From a virus (lineage: Duplodnaviria > Caudoviricetes), in the IMG/VR virus record IMGVR_UViG_3300017708_001641, positions 1 through 36,939 of that record: 36,939 nt of DNA, one strand, 5' to 3'. The notes beneath the pieces are model-generated. The model was given only the letters and a program-made list of their open reading frames with translations. It did no database searches and had not been told where the DNA came from. Both the position numbers and the translations under genes were made by a program. Of this stretch, positions 25,149 through 35,100 are shown piece after piece. Each line of letters starts with the position of its first letter. Positions within the stretch are counted from its first letter, which is position 1.

Positions 25149-26393
25149 ATGTCTAAGCAGGCTATTAACGTTGGTTCGACCGCCAACGACAACACAGGTT
25201 CAACCTTGCGTGCTGGCGGTCAGATTATTAATTCCAACTTCGATGAATTATATGCATCGATTGGTAATGGAACCAGTACGCAATTGACAGTCTCTAGTCC
25301 TGCGTTGAATCAGGTTCTTAAGTTTACTGGTACTCAATTTGAACCAGCAGACTTAGGCACTCTAACCTCGTCTTTAGATGTTAATGGCAATAGTATTATC
25401 AGTGCTTCTAATGGTGACATTACCATTAACCCAAATGGCACTGGTGACATCGTTCTTAGTTATGGAACTGCCACTACTACTTTTGATGGTGGCACTAACA
25501 TACTAGATGTTAGTGGTGTTCTACAATATAAAAATGAATTCTCAACTATTGGTGCTGCTCCTGCAGCAGCAACATATCCTGGTTACTACTATACTGTTGA
25601 TGGTGATGATAACCCCTATGTAAACATCAATATTACTGCTGGTGGTACTGGAGATGTTCGTGCAAAGTTGATCACTGAATACTCCAGTGTCAATCTATTG
25701 TCTGACATTGATACTACAACTACAGCACCTACTAATGGTCAGGTTCTGAAGTGGAGTACCTCTGGTGGTAAATGGTTGCCTGCAGATGATGACTCAGGTC
25801 TTTCTAGTGTTAATGTATTCCAAACTTTGAATGCTGACACTGGTTCTATAACTGCCGACTCTCAGAGTGATAGTGTAACATTTACTGGTGGAACTGACAT
25901 TACAACAACCATTTCTGGTGATGTAATTACGATTGCCTTTAGTGGAACTATCCCTACTACATTCGCTGCCCTTAGTGATAGTGACATGTCGGGTACTGCT
26001 CAGTTTGGGAATCCCACACAGGGCGATTCACTATTCTGGAATGGTTCTGATTGGATTGTTACTCGCAGTCCTATGGTCTGGTGGGAAGTAAATGCTAATG
26101 GAACTTCAGACTTTACTTTTAATGGTCCTGGATTCTCTTCGACAGCAAATGATCCAGACCTCTATGTTTATAGAGGATTTACTTATGCTTTTGACAATAG
26201 CATTCAGGGTGGTGCTCATCCATTCCGTATTCAAAGCACTCAGGGATTAGCAGGTAATCCTTATACTGCGGGTCAAAGTGGTAGTGGAACAAACGTTCTT
26301 TATTGGACTGTTCCTCTTGACGCTCCGAATACTTTATATTACCAGTGTACAATCCATGCAGCAATGCAAGGCACTATTAACGTTGTAAGTTAA
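25149..26393 (+). CDS. Virion appendage/fibre protein: gp9/gp10-like N-terminal anchor and C-terminal cupredoxin-like domain
   Basis: The N-terminus KQAINVG..ANDNTGSTLRAGGQIINSNFDELY resembles T4 gp9/gp10 N-termini. It has fibre motifs (LSDID..PTNGQVLKW; GDSLFWNGSDW) and a C-terminal AHPFRI...LYYQCTIHAAMQGTINV. Confidence 0.8.
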   Translation: MSKQAINVGSTANDNTGSTLRAGGQIINSNFDELYASIGNGTSTQLTVSSPALNQVLKFTGTQFEPADLGTLTSSLDVNGNSIISASNGDITINPNGTGDIVLSYGTATTTFDGGTNILDVSGVLQYKNEFSTIGAAPAAATYPGYYYTVDGDDNPYVNINITAGGTGDVRAKLITEYSSVNLLSDIDTTTTAPTNGQVLKWSTSGGKWLPADDDSGLSSVNVFQTLNADTGSITADSQSDSVTFTGGTDITTTISGDVITIAFSGTIPTTFAALSDSDMSGTAQFGNPTQGDSLFWNGSDWIVTRSPMVWWEVNANGTSDFTFNGPGFSSTANDPDLYVYRGFTYAFDNSIQGGAHPFRIQSTQGLAGNPYTAGQSGSGTNVLYWTVPLDAPNTLYYQCTIHAAMQGTINVVS

Positions 26394-26399
26394 CGATAA

Positions 26400-29300
26400 A
26401 TGGCAAGAACAGTTCCTGGATCTGGTGCAGTAATCGAACCAATCTTTGATGAGATTTTCGGTGTTCGCGCAGTAAAAGTAAACAATGGTGGTAGTGGGTA
26501 TGATCCTACTGATCCTCCAAGATTAACTGTTGACGGATGTGGAACTCCAGATGCAGAAGCACTTCTTTATCCTATTATCGATGAAGACTCTGGAAAAATT
26601 ATTCACGTTAGAGTTCTTGAAAGAGGTAGAGGGTATGACCCTCTGAGACTTCAGATTACACCTCAGCAAGAAACTCCTAATGTTGTCAACTCTTTTGATA
26701 TCAATAGAATTTGGCAGCCACATCCTAATTCACCAACTTCAGGTCTTTTTGGGATTACGAATGGTAATAAGAATGATCGCCTAACAATCGTTGCAGACAA
26801 TCATCCCAAACCCACTTGGTCACTAGCAGAAGCAGCACCTGGCGGTGGTCCATTACTTGATAGAACTTTCAATCAGACATTTATTTACCGAGGTGGTAAA
26901 GATGTTCCTTTTGTAGGTTCTAGAGAGTTTCAGAATGATAAGGTAGTTGGCATTCTTTCAAATGGTGGGTTGTTACACACACCAGATTGGGGTGGTGATG
27001 GCGGAGCAACCCCTGGATTTGCTATTGACACAGTTAAGTTTCCCTATGTAAAAAATAGTGATGCTAACGATGTTATTGTAGAAAATAATATCTCATATTA
27101 TGGTAGTAGTCATACCATCAATGAATTTTCTAATCCAAATGGTGTCTTCCAATGGGGAGATCTAGAGCAATTTACTTGGAATGTAAAAGTTGAGTTTGAT
27201 AATATCATGCTCAATGTTAGTTTCTTGGATGAAACTATTGGAAATGTTGAAGTAGGTAGATCTGTTGATGAAATTGGTGGTAATGCCAACGGGATCATTT
27301 CAAAGATAGTTAGAGATAATAATGGATCTATTACAAGAATTTATTTAAGGCAGGTACAATCAACATTTGAATCCAATGATCAAGTTATTGGATCTAATGG
27401 ATTTAATTTTAGAATTGATGGAGATCCTATAGTATTCACTAATGGTGTATTCTATATTGATTTTGGACCAGAGTCACATGAGTTTGGAGACTTTGCTCCT
27501 GGGGTCTATTACATGGCTCCTACAAACATTAGGGTACAAGAGAATTATCTAATTAAATGGAATCAATCAGATCCTAGTAATTCTGCAGGTCCTCATGGAC
27601 ATCCTATGCAGTTTAGTACAACCCAAGATGGGGCGTTGAATAATGGCACTCTATATTATTCAAGTACTGGTGCCTCAGCAGCACCCGCTGCCGATTATGA
27701 AAATATCTATCAACCAATCTTCATTCAGAATTCGGATGAGGTTAATAGAATATATTATCATTGCCAGTTCCATCGTTACATGTCTGGTTATGAAGGTGAT
27801 GAAGGTTATATGGTTCTCAGCACTGAAGTTGAGGAAGAAGAGAGACCTGAGAATGATTATTATGTTAGAGATTTTTATCAGTCTGATGCAAACGATGCAT
27901 CAACTATTGATTTAAGTAGGCATGTAGATGGACACTCTAAAATTATTGGTATGTCTTATGATGGATATCCAATTTATGGTCCTTGGGGTTACAATTCCAG
28001 TAATGCTGTAGCTAAAGAAGTATCTTCATTCCGTCTCAGAACAACTCTTGAGTTGCCTGGTGCTAGAGATGATGTAAGTGATGGGAGTACGACTACCTTT
28101 GCTGTTACTGTCTCTAATGGAGAATTTTTCTTCGATGGTGCTCGCCCATCGTTCCTATTATTAGAGAGGGGTAATACATACGTATTCAATCAAGATGATT
28201 CTACAAATGATTCTGAACATTTGTTCTTTGCAACTCAAGAAGATGGTTGGCATGTAGGTGCTCCTCCTATTATTGGGGATACTACTTACCTCTATTCAGA
28301 ATCTCATTTTGCAAGTTATTACATAAATGGTGCTGAAGTAACATATTCTCAGTACCTCAGTCAATTTACTCTTGCATCTCAGCGTGAGATTAGATTCTTA
28401 GTTCCTGTAGATGCACCACAAGATCTGTATGTGTTTGGTTACACAACTCCTGGTCTTGGTCTTAGAGTTGTTGTTGAAAATTATATTCTTGGTGATTTAG
28501 TACAAGACTATATTTACGATGATTCAGTTGGTACACTAGATGCTCATAACGGCAAATTTGGCGTAACTCCAGAATATCCTAATGGAACATATGCATATTT
28601 TATGACCGAGGATGGCAGTGGAAATCCTGTATATCCATATGCAATTGGTCCAACTTTTTATGGCACTCCTTTGTTTGAGGGTGATATAGTTCCTGCATTC
28701 AGTCAAATATTCCCAACCCAAGCAAAGGGTGATGTAATCTTGAATGACGATGGAACTGTCTCCTATGTCAGAATGACTCAAAAAGGAGATAACTATTTTG
28801 GTGATGCTAATGTCAAAATTTTAGGTGGGGAAGGATCTGGTGCTATTGGAAGTGCTGTCGTTCAAACAATCACAGGTCTATCACTGATACAAGCAGGGTC
28901 TGGTTATCAGACTCCACCAAATCTTATTTTCCAAGGTGGTGGCGGTGGTGGTGCATCAGGTGCTGCTGAGATTGATGCAACAGGTAAAGTTACTAGTATT
29001 AATATTTCAGATGCTGGTGAGTTCTATCAGCAATCTCCGTTTGTTTTGATTAGTGGAGGAGGTGGTACTGGTGCAAAAGCAATTGCTAATATCAATCAAG
29101 GTCAATTAAGTAGCATTGAAGTTACCGATCCTGGTAGAGGTTATACATCTTCTCCAAATATCATCTTTACTAAAATTGTAAATCTTAAGAGAAAGACTAG
29201 ATCAAGACAAGCGTTCAATTCTGGTATTAGATATCTTACTGGTATTACTAAAAATGTTACTACTAGTGATACTGATATTTTTGTTTCTGATACCTCTGCT

Positions 29301-30626
29301 TTCCCTGGATCAGGTGAACTCTTACTAGGAACAGAAACTATTGCATATACTTCTAAAGCAAATGGTAAGTTCTCTGGATTGACCAGAGGAGTTAATTTTA
29401 ACTACGATCAACGTATTATCTTAGATAGTGTTCAAGTAGACTCTGATGGAATTTCCACATATAACTTTAATGTTGGTGATAGAGTTATCCGTAGAGTTGA
29501 GAACTCATCTAACAAAGTTGCTAAGGTTTATGATTGGAATTCTACTACCAAAGAACTTTTAGTTACCTTTGAAGTTGATGAACTAGCATTTATTGATGCT
29601 GGTCTCCCATCAACTGATGATAGTATCGTTCAGTTTGATGCTGGATTGTATAGCAGCACTACTGCAGCACAACTGCCTCACGTCATTCTTACTGCATCTG
29701 GAGAAGAAATTAAAACCCTCACTGAACCTTTATCTGCACTTGCCAATAGTAAGTTTGAGGATAACGATGAGAATGAAGATCCAAATAATCCTGGAACATT
29801 CTTGGGAGATGGTATTGCAGATCTAGTAAATACTTCTACCGAATACGAAAATCAAATCAATCTTGATGGTGGTATTGTTTTGGGCGAACCTGGTGAAGGT
29901 GGAAGAGACTCTAAATATGGTATTGAAGAAACTCAAGGTGGTCAGAACACTACCCTGTTCCAAGTTGGTGACAATATTAAAGATGGTTCTATTCCATTCA
30001 AATATGCAACTATCGTTACTGCAGGCGGATTAGCAGAGGGTATTCCTCATGTTGGACTTCTGACGATGAAACTAGATGCTAATAACGCTAATGGTCAGAA
30101 CTTTAGTGTTAATGAAGTTATTACAGGACAAACTTCGGGTGTTCAAGGAACTGTCGTTTCTTGGGATCCCGTTAATTCAATTCTTGTGATTCAGGATATA
30201 TCACCATATAATACTGGCGATACAAACGTTGGCGTCAATGGATTCTTGTATGAGTTCTCTGATAAAGGAACAATTGTAGATTTCTATATTCAAGACTCAG
30301 GAACTAACTATAGTGCTGTTCCAACAGTTGGTATTGAAAATATAGGAGATATTGAGGCAACTGCAACAGTAAATATGACAACTGCTGGAGATCAAGTTGA
30401 ATCTCTCACTATTACCAATGGTGGATACGGAATTGTCCAGTCAGTTGATGGTACATACCAAACGCATCCAACGATTACATTTGCTAATAATGCATCAGAT
30501 ACTACTGGTTCTGGTGCTGTAGCATATGCAATTTTGGGTGGAGAGGATGTTCTTGGTACAGGTGGTGCGCGTTATAGAATCAAGAGTATTGACTATCAAA
30601 CAATTGTTCGCTCACAACCTTCATAA
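26400..30626 (+). CDS. Large virion structural protein (1408 aa) with Gly-rich repeats, a split YHYH-like domain and cupredoxin-like domains
   Basis: Long uninterrupted ORF between gp7 and gp8. Motifs: GHSKIIGMSYDGYPIYGPWG, LDAHNGKFGVTPEYPNGTYAYF, GHPMQFS...YYHCQFHRYM and GxGY..P repeats. Confidence 0.85.
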   Translation: MARTVPGSGAVIEPIFDEIFGVRAVKVNNGGSGYDPTDPPRLTVDGCGTPDAEALLYPIIDEDSGKIIHVRVLERGRGYDPLRLQITPQQETPNVVNSFDINRIWQPHPNSPTSGLFGITNGNKNDRLTIVADNHPKPTWSLAEAAPGGGPLLDRTFNQTFIYRGGKDVPFVGSREFQNDKVVGILSNGGLLHTPDWGGDGGATPGFAIDTVKFPYVKNSDANDVIVENNISYYGSSHTINEFSNPNGVFQWGDLEQFTWNVKVEFDNIMLNVSFLDETIGNVEVGRSVDEIGGNANGIISKIVRDNNGSITRIYLRQVQSTFESNDQVIGSNGFNFRIDGDPIVFTNGVFYIDFGPESHEFGDFAPGVYYMAPTNIRVQENYLIKWNQSDPSNSAGPHGHPMQFSTTQDGALNNGTLYYSSTGASAAPAADYENIYQPIFIQNSDEVNRIYYHCQFHRYMSGYEGDEGYMVLSTEVEEEERPENDYYVRDFYQSDANDASTIDLSRHVDGHSKIIGMSYDGYPIYGPWGYNSSNAVAKEVSSFRLRTTLELPGARDDVSDGSTTTFAVTVSNGEFFFDGARPSFLLLERGNTYVFNQDDSTNDSEHLFFATQEDGWHVGAPPIIGDTTYLYSESHFASYYINGAEVTYSQYLSQFTLASQREIRFLVPVDAPQDLYVFGYTTPGLGLRVVVENYILGDLVQDYIYDDSVGTLDAHNGKFGVTPEYPNGTYAYFMTEDGSGNPVYPYAIGPTFYGTPLFEGDIVPAFSQIFPTQAKGDVILNDDGTVSYVRMTQKGDNYFGDANVKILGGEGSGAIGSAVVQTITGLSLIQAGSGYQTPPNLIFQGGGGGGASGAAEIDATGKVTSINISDAGEFYQQSPFVLISGGGGTGAKAIANINQGQLSSIEVTDPGRGYTSSPNIIFTKIVNLKRKTRSRQAFNSGIRYLTGITKNVTTSDTDIFVSDTSAFPGSGELLLGTETIAYTSKANGKFSGLTRGVNFNYDQRIILDSVQVDSDGISTYNFNVGDRVIRRVENSSNKVAKVYDWNSTTKELLVTFEVDELAFIDAGLPSTDDSIVQFDAGLYSSTTAAQLPHVILTASGEEIKTLTEPLSALANSKFEDNDENEDPNNPGTFLGDGIADLVNTSTEYENQINLDGGIVLGEPGEGGRDSKYGIEETQGGQNTTLFQVGDNIKDGSIPFKYATIVTAGGLAEGIPHVGLLTMKLDANNANGQNFSVNEVITGQTSGVQGTVVSWDPVNSILVIQDISPYNTGDTNVGVNGFLYEFSDKGTIVDFYIQDSGTNYSAVPTVGIENIGDIEATATVNMTTAGDQVESLTITNGGYGIVQSVDGTYQTHPTITFANNASDTTGSGAVAYAILGGEDVLGTGGARYRIKSIDYQTIVRSQPS

Positions 30627-30629
30627 ATA
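30622..30629 (+). promoter_or_regulatory. T4-type late promoter (CATAAATA)
   Basis: NATAAATA overlapping the upstream stop, 27 nt before the gp8 ATG. An AGGA lies just before that ATG. Confidence 0.8.
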
Positions 30630-30656
30630 AACAAGAGGACAATAATCCCTTAGGAA

Positions 30657-32189
30657 ATGGCAGCTCTATTAACTGATCAATTTAGAATTTTTTCTGCGAA
30701 GAAATTCATCAAATCTCTGGAAGGTCCCGTTGCCACTCAAAGTGACGATGCGGCAGGAACTTCTAGGGATCGAGTATATTTGTTTATTGGAAGACCTCAA
30801 AGTTGGGACAATGAAAATTCACCACCACAGGCGGTAGATTCATTTTCTCAATTTTCGGATTCTTACGATGACATGATTTCTCTGAAGAGAGTCCTCGCTT
30901 CGGATACAATTCAGGTTGTTCGTCGTATTGACTGGGTTTCTCCTGAAGAAACTACTGGTGGTCTTGGTTTTACATACGATATGTATCGCCATGATTATTC
31001 TCCTTCAAAAACTGCTTCCTCTGGTGCTACCAAACTTTACGATTCGGATTTTTACGTTGTAAACTCTCAGTATCAAGTATACAAGTGCATTTACAACGGA
31101 ACATCACCTTCGGATCCTAACGGAAAACCCTCTACTATTGAACCTACTGGTACTTCTACATCTATTATTACAACTGGAGATGGTTATCGCTGGAAGTATA
31201 TGTATACTATCCCAGTTGCATCAGTTCTGAAATTCTTCTCTAGTGATTACATGCCTGTTTTCACTAATGATGCGGTTAGAACAAACGCAGTTGCTGGTGA
31301 AATTGATACAGTTGTAATCAACTCTGCTGGTGCTGGTTACAATAACGGCACATATGATAACGTTGCTATTAATGGTGACGGAACTGGCGGTCGTGTTTCT
31401 ATTGTTGTTGATGGTGGTAAGATCACTGCTGCAACAGTTACTTCTGGTGGTACTGGTTATACCTTTGGTAAAATTAGTGTCAACGCTGTAACAGGTATTG
31501 GAACAGGAACTGCAGGTGAAGTTGATGTCGTCATTCCACCTCCAAGTGGACATGGTGCCGAATCCGTTGTTGAACTTGGTGCTTTCCGAGTTATGATCAA
31601 CGCTAAACTTTCATATGACGAAGGTGCTGGAGATTTCCCGATCGATAACGACTATCGTCGTATTGGTCTAATCACCAACCCATTGAAGTTTGGTACTGAA
31701 GAATTGATTTCCGACCTTACAGTTTCTGCAGGCAAGGCAATCATCTTCGCTCCAACATTCCAAGGTAATTATGTTCCTGATGAAATTATTACACAAACTC
31801 GTGTCGTTGGTGGAACCAACGTTACTGCTCGTGGTCGTGTTATTTCTTGGAATCCCACAACTAAAGTTCTGAAGTATTATCAGAATTCCGTTGATGGTAT
31901 TTTCCCAGAAGTTACTGGTACACAGAATGAGTTTGATGGATCAAACGTCATTAGTGGCGCAACGTCTGGTGCTGCTGGTCAACCCGATGTTGCTTTCCCC
32001 GAAGTTCCTAATTCGTCTTCTAGGACAATCAACAATACCGAATATGACTTGGGTATGAAATTTAATAATGGATATGCGAAACCTGAAATTAAGTCAAACA
32101 GCGGTCAGGTTGTTTATATAGATAATAGACGAGCAATCAGTCGTGCAAACGACCAGGTAGAAGACATCAAAATCGTAATCGAATTCTAA
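30657..32189 (+). CDS. gp8: Baseplate wedge subunit gp8
   Basis: 510 aa with gp8 motifs: DQFRI, YLFIGRPQSW..ENSPP, VVRRIDW, VYKCIYN, DGYRWKYMYTIP, DYRRIGLITNP and a C-terminal SGQVVYIDNRRAISRANDQVEDIKIVIEF. Confidence 0.95.
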   Translation: MAALLTDQFRIFSAKKFIKSLEGPVATQSDDAAGTSRDRVYLFIGRPQSWDNENSPPQAVDSFSQFSDSYDDMISLKRVLASDTIQVVRRIDWVSPEETTGGLGFTYDMYRHDYSPSKTASSGATKLYDSDFYVVNSQYQVYKCIYNGTSPSDPNGKPSTIEPTGTSTSIITTGDGYRWKYMYTIPVASVLKFFSSDYMPVFTNDAVRTNAVAGEIDTVVINSAGAGYNNGTYDNVAINGDGTGGRVSIVVDGGKITAATVTSGGTGYTFGKISVNAVTGIGTGTAGEVDVVIPPPSGHGAESVVELGAFRVMINAKLSYDEGAGDFPIDNDYRRIGLITNPLKFGTEELISDLTVSAGKAIIFAPTFQGNYVPDEIITQTRVVGGTNVTARGRVISWNPTTKVLKYYQNSVDGIFPEVTGTQNEFDGSNVISGATSGAAGQPDVAFPEVPNSSSRTINNTEYDLGMKFNNGYAKPEIKSNSGQVVYIDNRRAISRANDQVEDIKIVIEF

Positions 32190-35100
32190 TGGCACAAAAT
32201 ACCAATCTCAACGTTACACCTTACTACGACGATTTCGATAAGGATAAGAATTTTTATCGAGTATTGTTCCGTCCTGGATATCCTATTCAGGCGAGAGAAC
32301 TTACTACGATGCAGACTATTCTGCAAAATCAAGTTGAGAACATGGGATCTCACCTCTTTAAAGAGGGTTCGATGGTTATCCCTGGTCAAGTTGGTTATGA
32401 TTTAAATGTAGCAGCAATTTTACTTCAAGAGTCTTTCCTTGGCGCTAACGTTGAAGACTATAGGTCTCAACTTGAAGGGAAGATTATTGAAGGTCTTACT
32501 ACTGGAGTTCGTGCTAAAGTTCTGTTTACTCTTTCGGGAGCAAACTCAACTAAAGGTTACATCACAATTTATGTCAAATATCTAACCTCTGGTGATGACC
32601 AAGAAACTGCTGATGAAGAAGCAGTAGAATCACAGATCACTTTCCAGAACAATGAGCAATTGATTACAGATACCGAAATTACTTTCGGTTCTACTTTGAT
32701 TGAAATTGGTTCTCCTTTTGCTCAACTTCTTCCTACTGAAGCACTTCAGGTAGGTTCAGTTGCTTACGTACAAGAAGGTGTATATTATATTCGCGGTTTC
32801 TTTGTAGATGTACCATATCAGTATATTCTACTCGATCAGTATGGTTCTTCTCCTGAGTATAGAATTGGTCTCGAAATTTTAGAATCTATTGTTACTCCTG
32901 AAGATGACCTATCACTCAATGATAACGCTGCAGGCACATCTAATTATGCTGCTCCTGGTTCTCACCGATTCAGAATCACTACAAACTTAATCAAGAAACT
33001 TCTTGATGATGATGCTGATAAAGATTTTATTGAACTACTCCGTATCAATGGTGAAGTTGTAGAAGAGATTCTTACGAGAAGTGCATACGATGAACTGGAA
33101 AAGACATTTGCACTTAGAACCTATGAAGAATCTGGTGACTATGTAGTTCAAGATTTTGACATTGCTGTTAGAGAGTGTCTTAGTGATGGTTTCAATAATG
33201 GTGTCTACGAAGCTGGAGAAACTACTGAAAGTGGTAACACTGCTGCAGAAAATTTATATACCATTGAATTTAGTCCTGGTACGGCATACGTTAAGGGATA
33301 TCGAGTATCTACTATTTCTTCCACATATGTAGACACTATAAAACCCAGAACGTTCTTGTCAAAAGAAAACTCAATCGTTTCTTGTCGTTTGGGTAACTAT
33401 AATGATGTCAATAATACGTTTGGTCATCTGAATCTATCTGGAGATAGTATCACTAATGCATATCAAACTATAGAATTGCGTGACACATATACTACAACTC
33501 CTGGAACTGCTGCTGGAAATAGAATTGGTTTTGCAAGAGCAGCAGGTTATCAGTTTGTAGATGCAACTGATGGTGCTTTTGCTACGCAACCAGATAATTT
33601 ATATCGAACATATATGTTTGATATTCAGATGTTCACTAGAATTCAGTTATCAACTAGTCAAAGTGTTGTTGCTGGTTCTCAAATTGTTGGTAAAACTTCT
33701 GGAACCAAAGGTTATATTGTTGATGCAATTTCATCAGCAAACCATATGGATGTTTATGAAATTGAAGGATCATTCCAACAGGGTGAAATGCTAACTGTTG
33801 ATGGTCTTGATCTTGATACTATTGAGATTGTATATCCTTATAAACTATCCGATGCAAGGCAGATACTTGCTAGAGATGAAGGCAGTGCTGTTATTGAATT
33901 TACTGCAGATTTTGGACTCAAGGATGAGCAAACTATTCAAGGTACTACCTTTACATATGATGCAACTGGTTCTGCTGAAAAAATTACGGGTCTAAATTCT
34001 AATTTTGCCAGAGATCTTAGGGCAGGCGATAGAATCTTCTTTAGTGCTGATAAATTTGTTGATGTTGATAAAGTTGATCCTAGTAATCTAACATCAGGTA
34101 ATCCTAGTACAATCTTTGATTTTGGTGAGCAAACAGTTAATGTAACACCTGGTGCAGGTAGTGCGGCACCTGATGCAGGAACATATAATGGTTTGATTAG
34201 AAAGAGAGCACAACTAGAGGCAATTGAGGAGGGAGATCTTCTGACTCCTATGCCCAAACCATATGTTGCTAGTATTTCTGACGAATCTTGTATTGTAAGA
34301 AGAACGTTTGATGCTAAGAGTGTTCAAGCGGGTGCTAGTGATTCTGTCTCCGAGACTCTTCCTGATAACCAGCAGTTCGAGAGTATCAGTAATGAAAATG
34401 TAACTTGTACAGTTCTTGCTGGAACTAATGGAACTTATCCTGTAGGTAGTAATGTTCCCATTTTGACAGGCATTTCTAATGCCGCTAATATTGGATACAC
34501 TACTCTAAATGCTGAACAGAGTACAATTACAATTGCCAACCTGGCAAATATTACCAGTGTTAAGATTACTGCTTCTCTCTCTAAAAATGTTACCGAGAAG
34601 AAGACTAAGACACTTCAACAAATGTGGTGCCATAAAGTAGTCAGAACTGTCGAGAATAGAGATAAGCAACTCTATGGTCTTGCATATTCAAATATCTTTG
34701 GTACTAGAATTGAAGATGATGAGATCTCTCTTGGTGTAGTTGATGGATTTAAGATTCACGAAATCTACGAATCTGATGATGAAAATGATCCTGTAGTTCC
34801 TTCTGTTACTCTGGTTGAACCTGTCTTCTTTGCAACTGGTAGTATTGTAACTGGTGCTACTTCTAGTGCAACGGGTAGAGTTATTGATTTCAATTCTACC
34901 AATTTAAAACTAAGTATGGTCATCTTGAGTGGCACATTCCAAATTGGCGAAACTTTAACTGGTTTTGATAGTAACAACACAGCAATTAATGCTATTGTTG
35001 ATGACTCGGCAACATCTGTTATTATTGGTTCTAAAGCAATCACAGATCGTTATGACATGTATAATGGTCAAACGAATTACATGTATAGAACAGCAACACT

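Noticed and set aside
26079-26390. Calling the cupredoxin a petE plastocyanin auxiliary metabolic gene
   Set aside because: It is fused to a fibre-type structural protein, has no signal peptide, and has C-x2-H-x2-M rather than the plastocyanin C-x2-H-x4-M spacing.
26395-26402. GATAAATG as a late promoter
   Set aside because: The last base mismatches and the motif overlaps the ATG, leaving no leader for that gene.
30645-30656. Small inverted repeat (TCCCTTAGGA) before gp8
   Set aside because: The stem is too short and has no U-tract, so it cannot be supported as a terminator.
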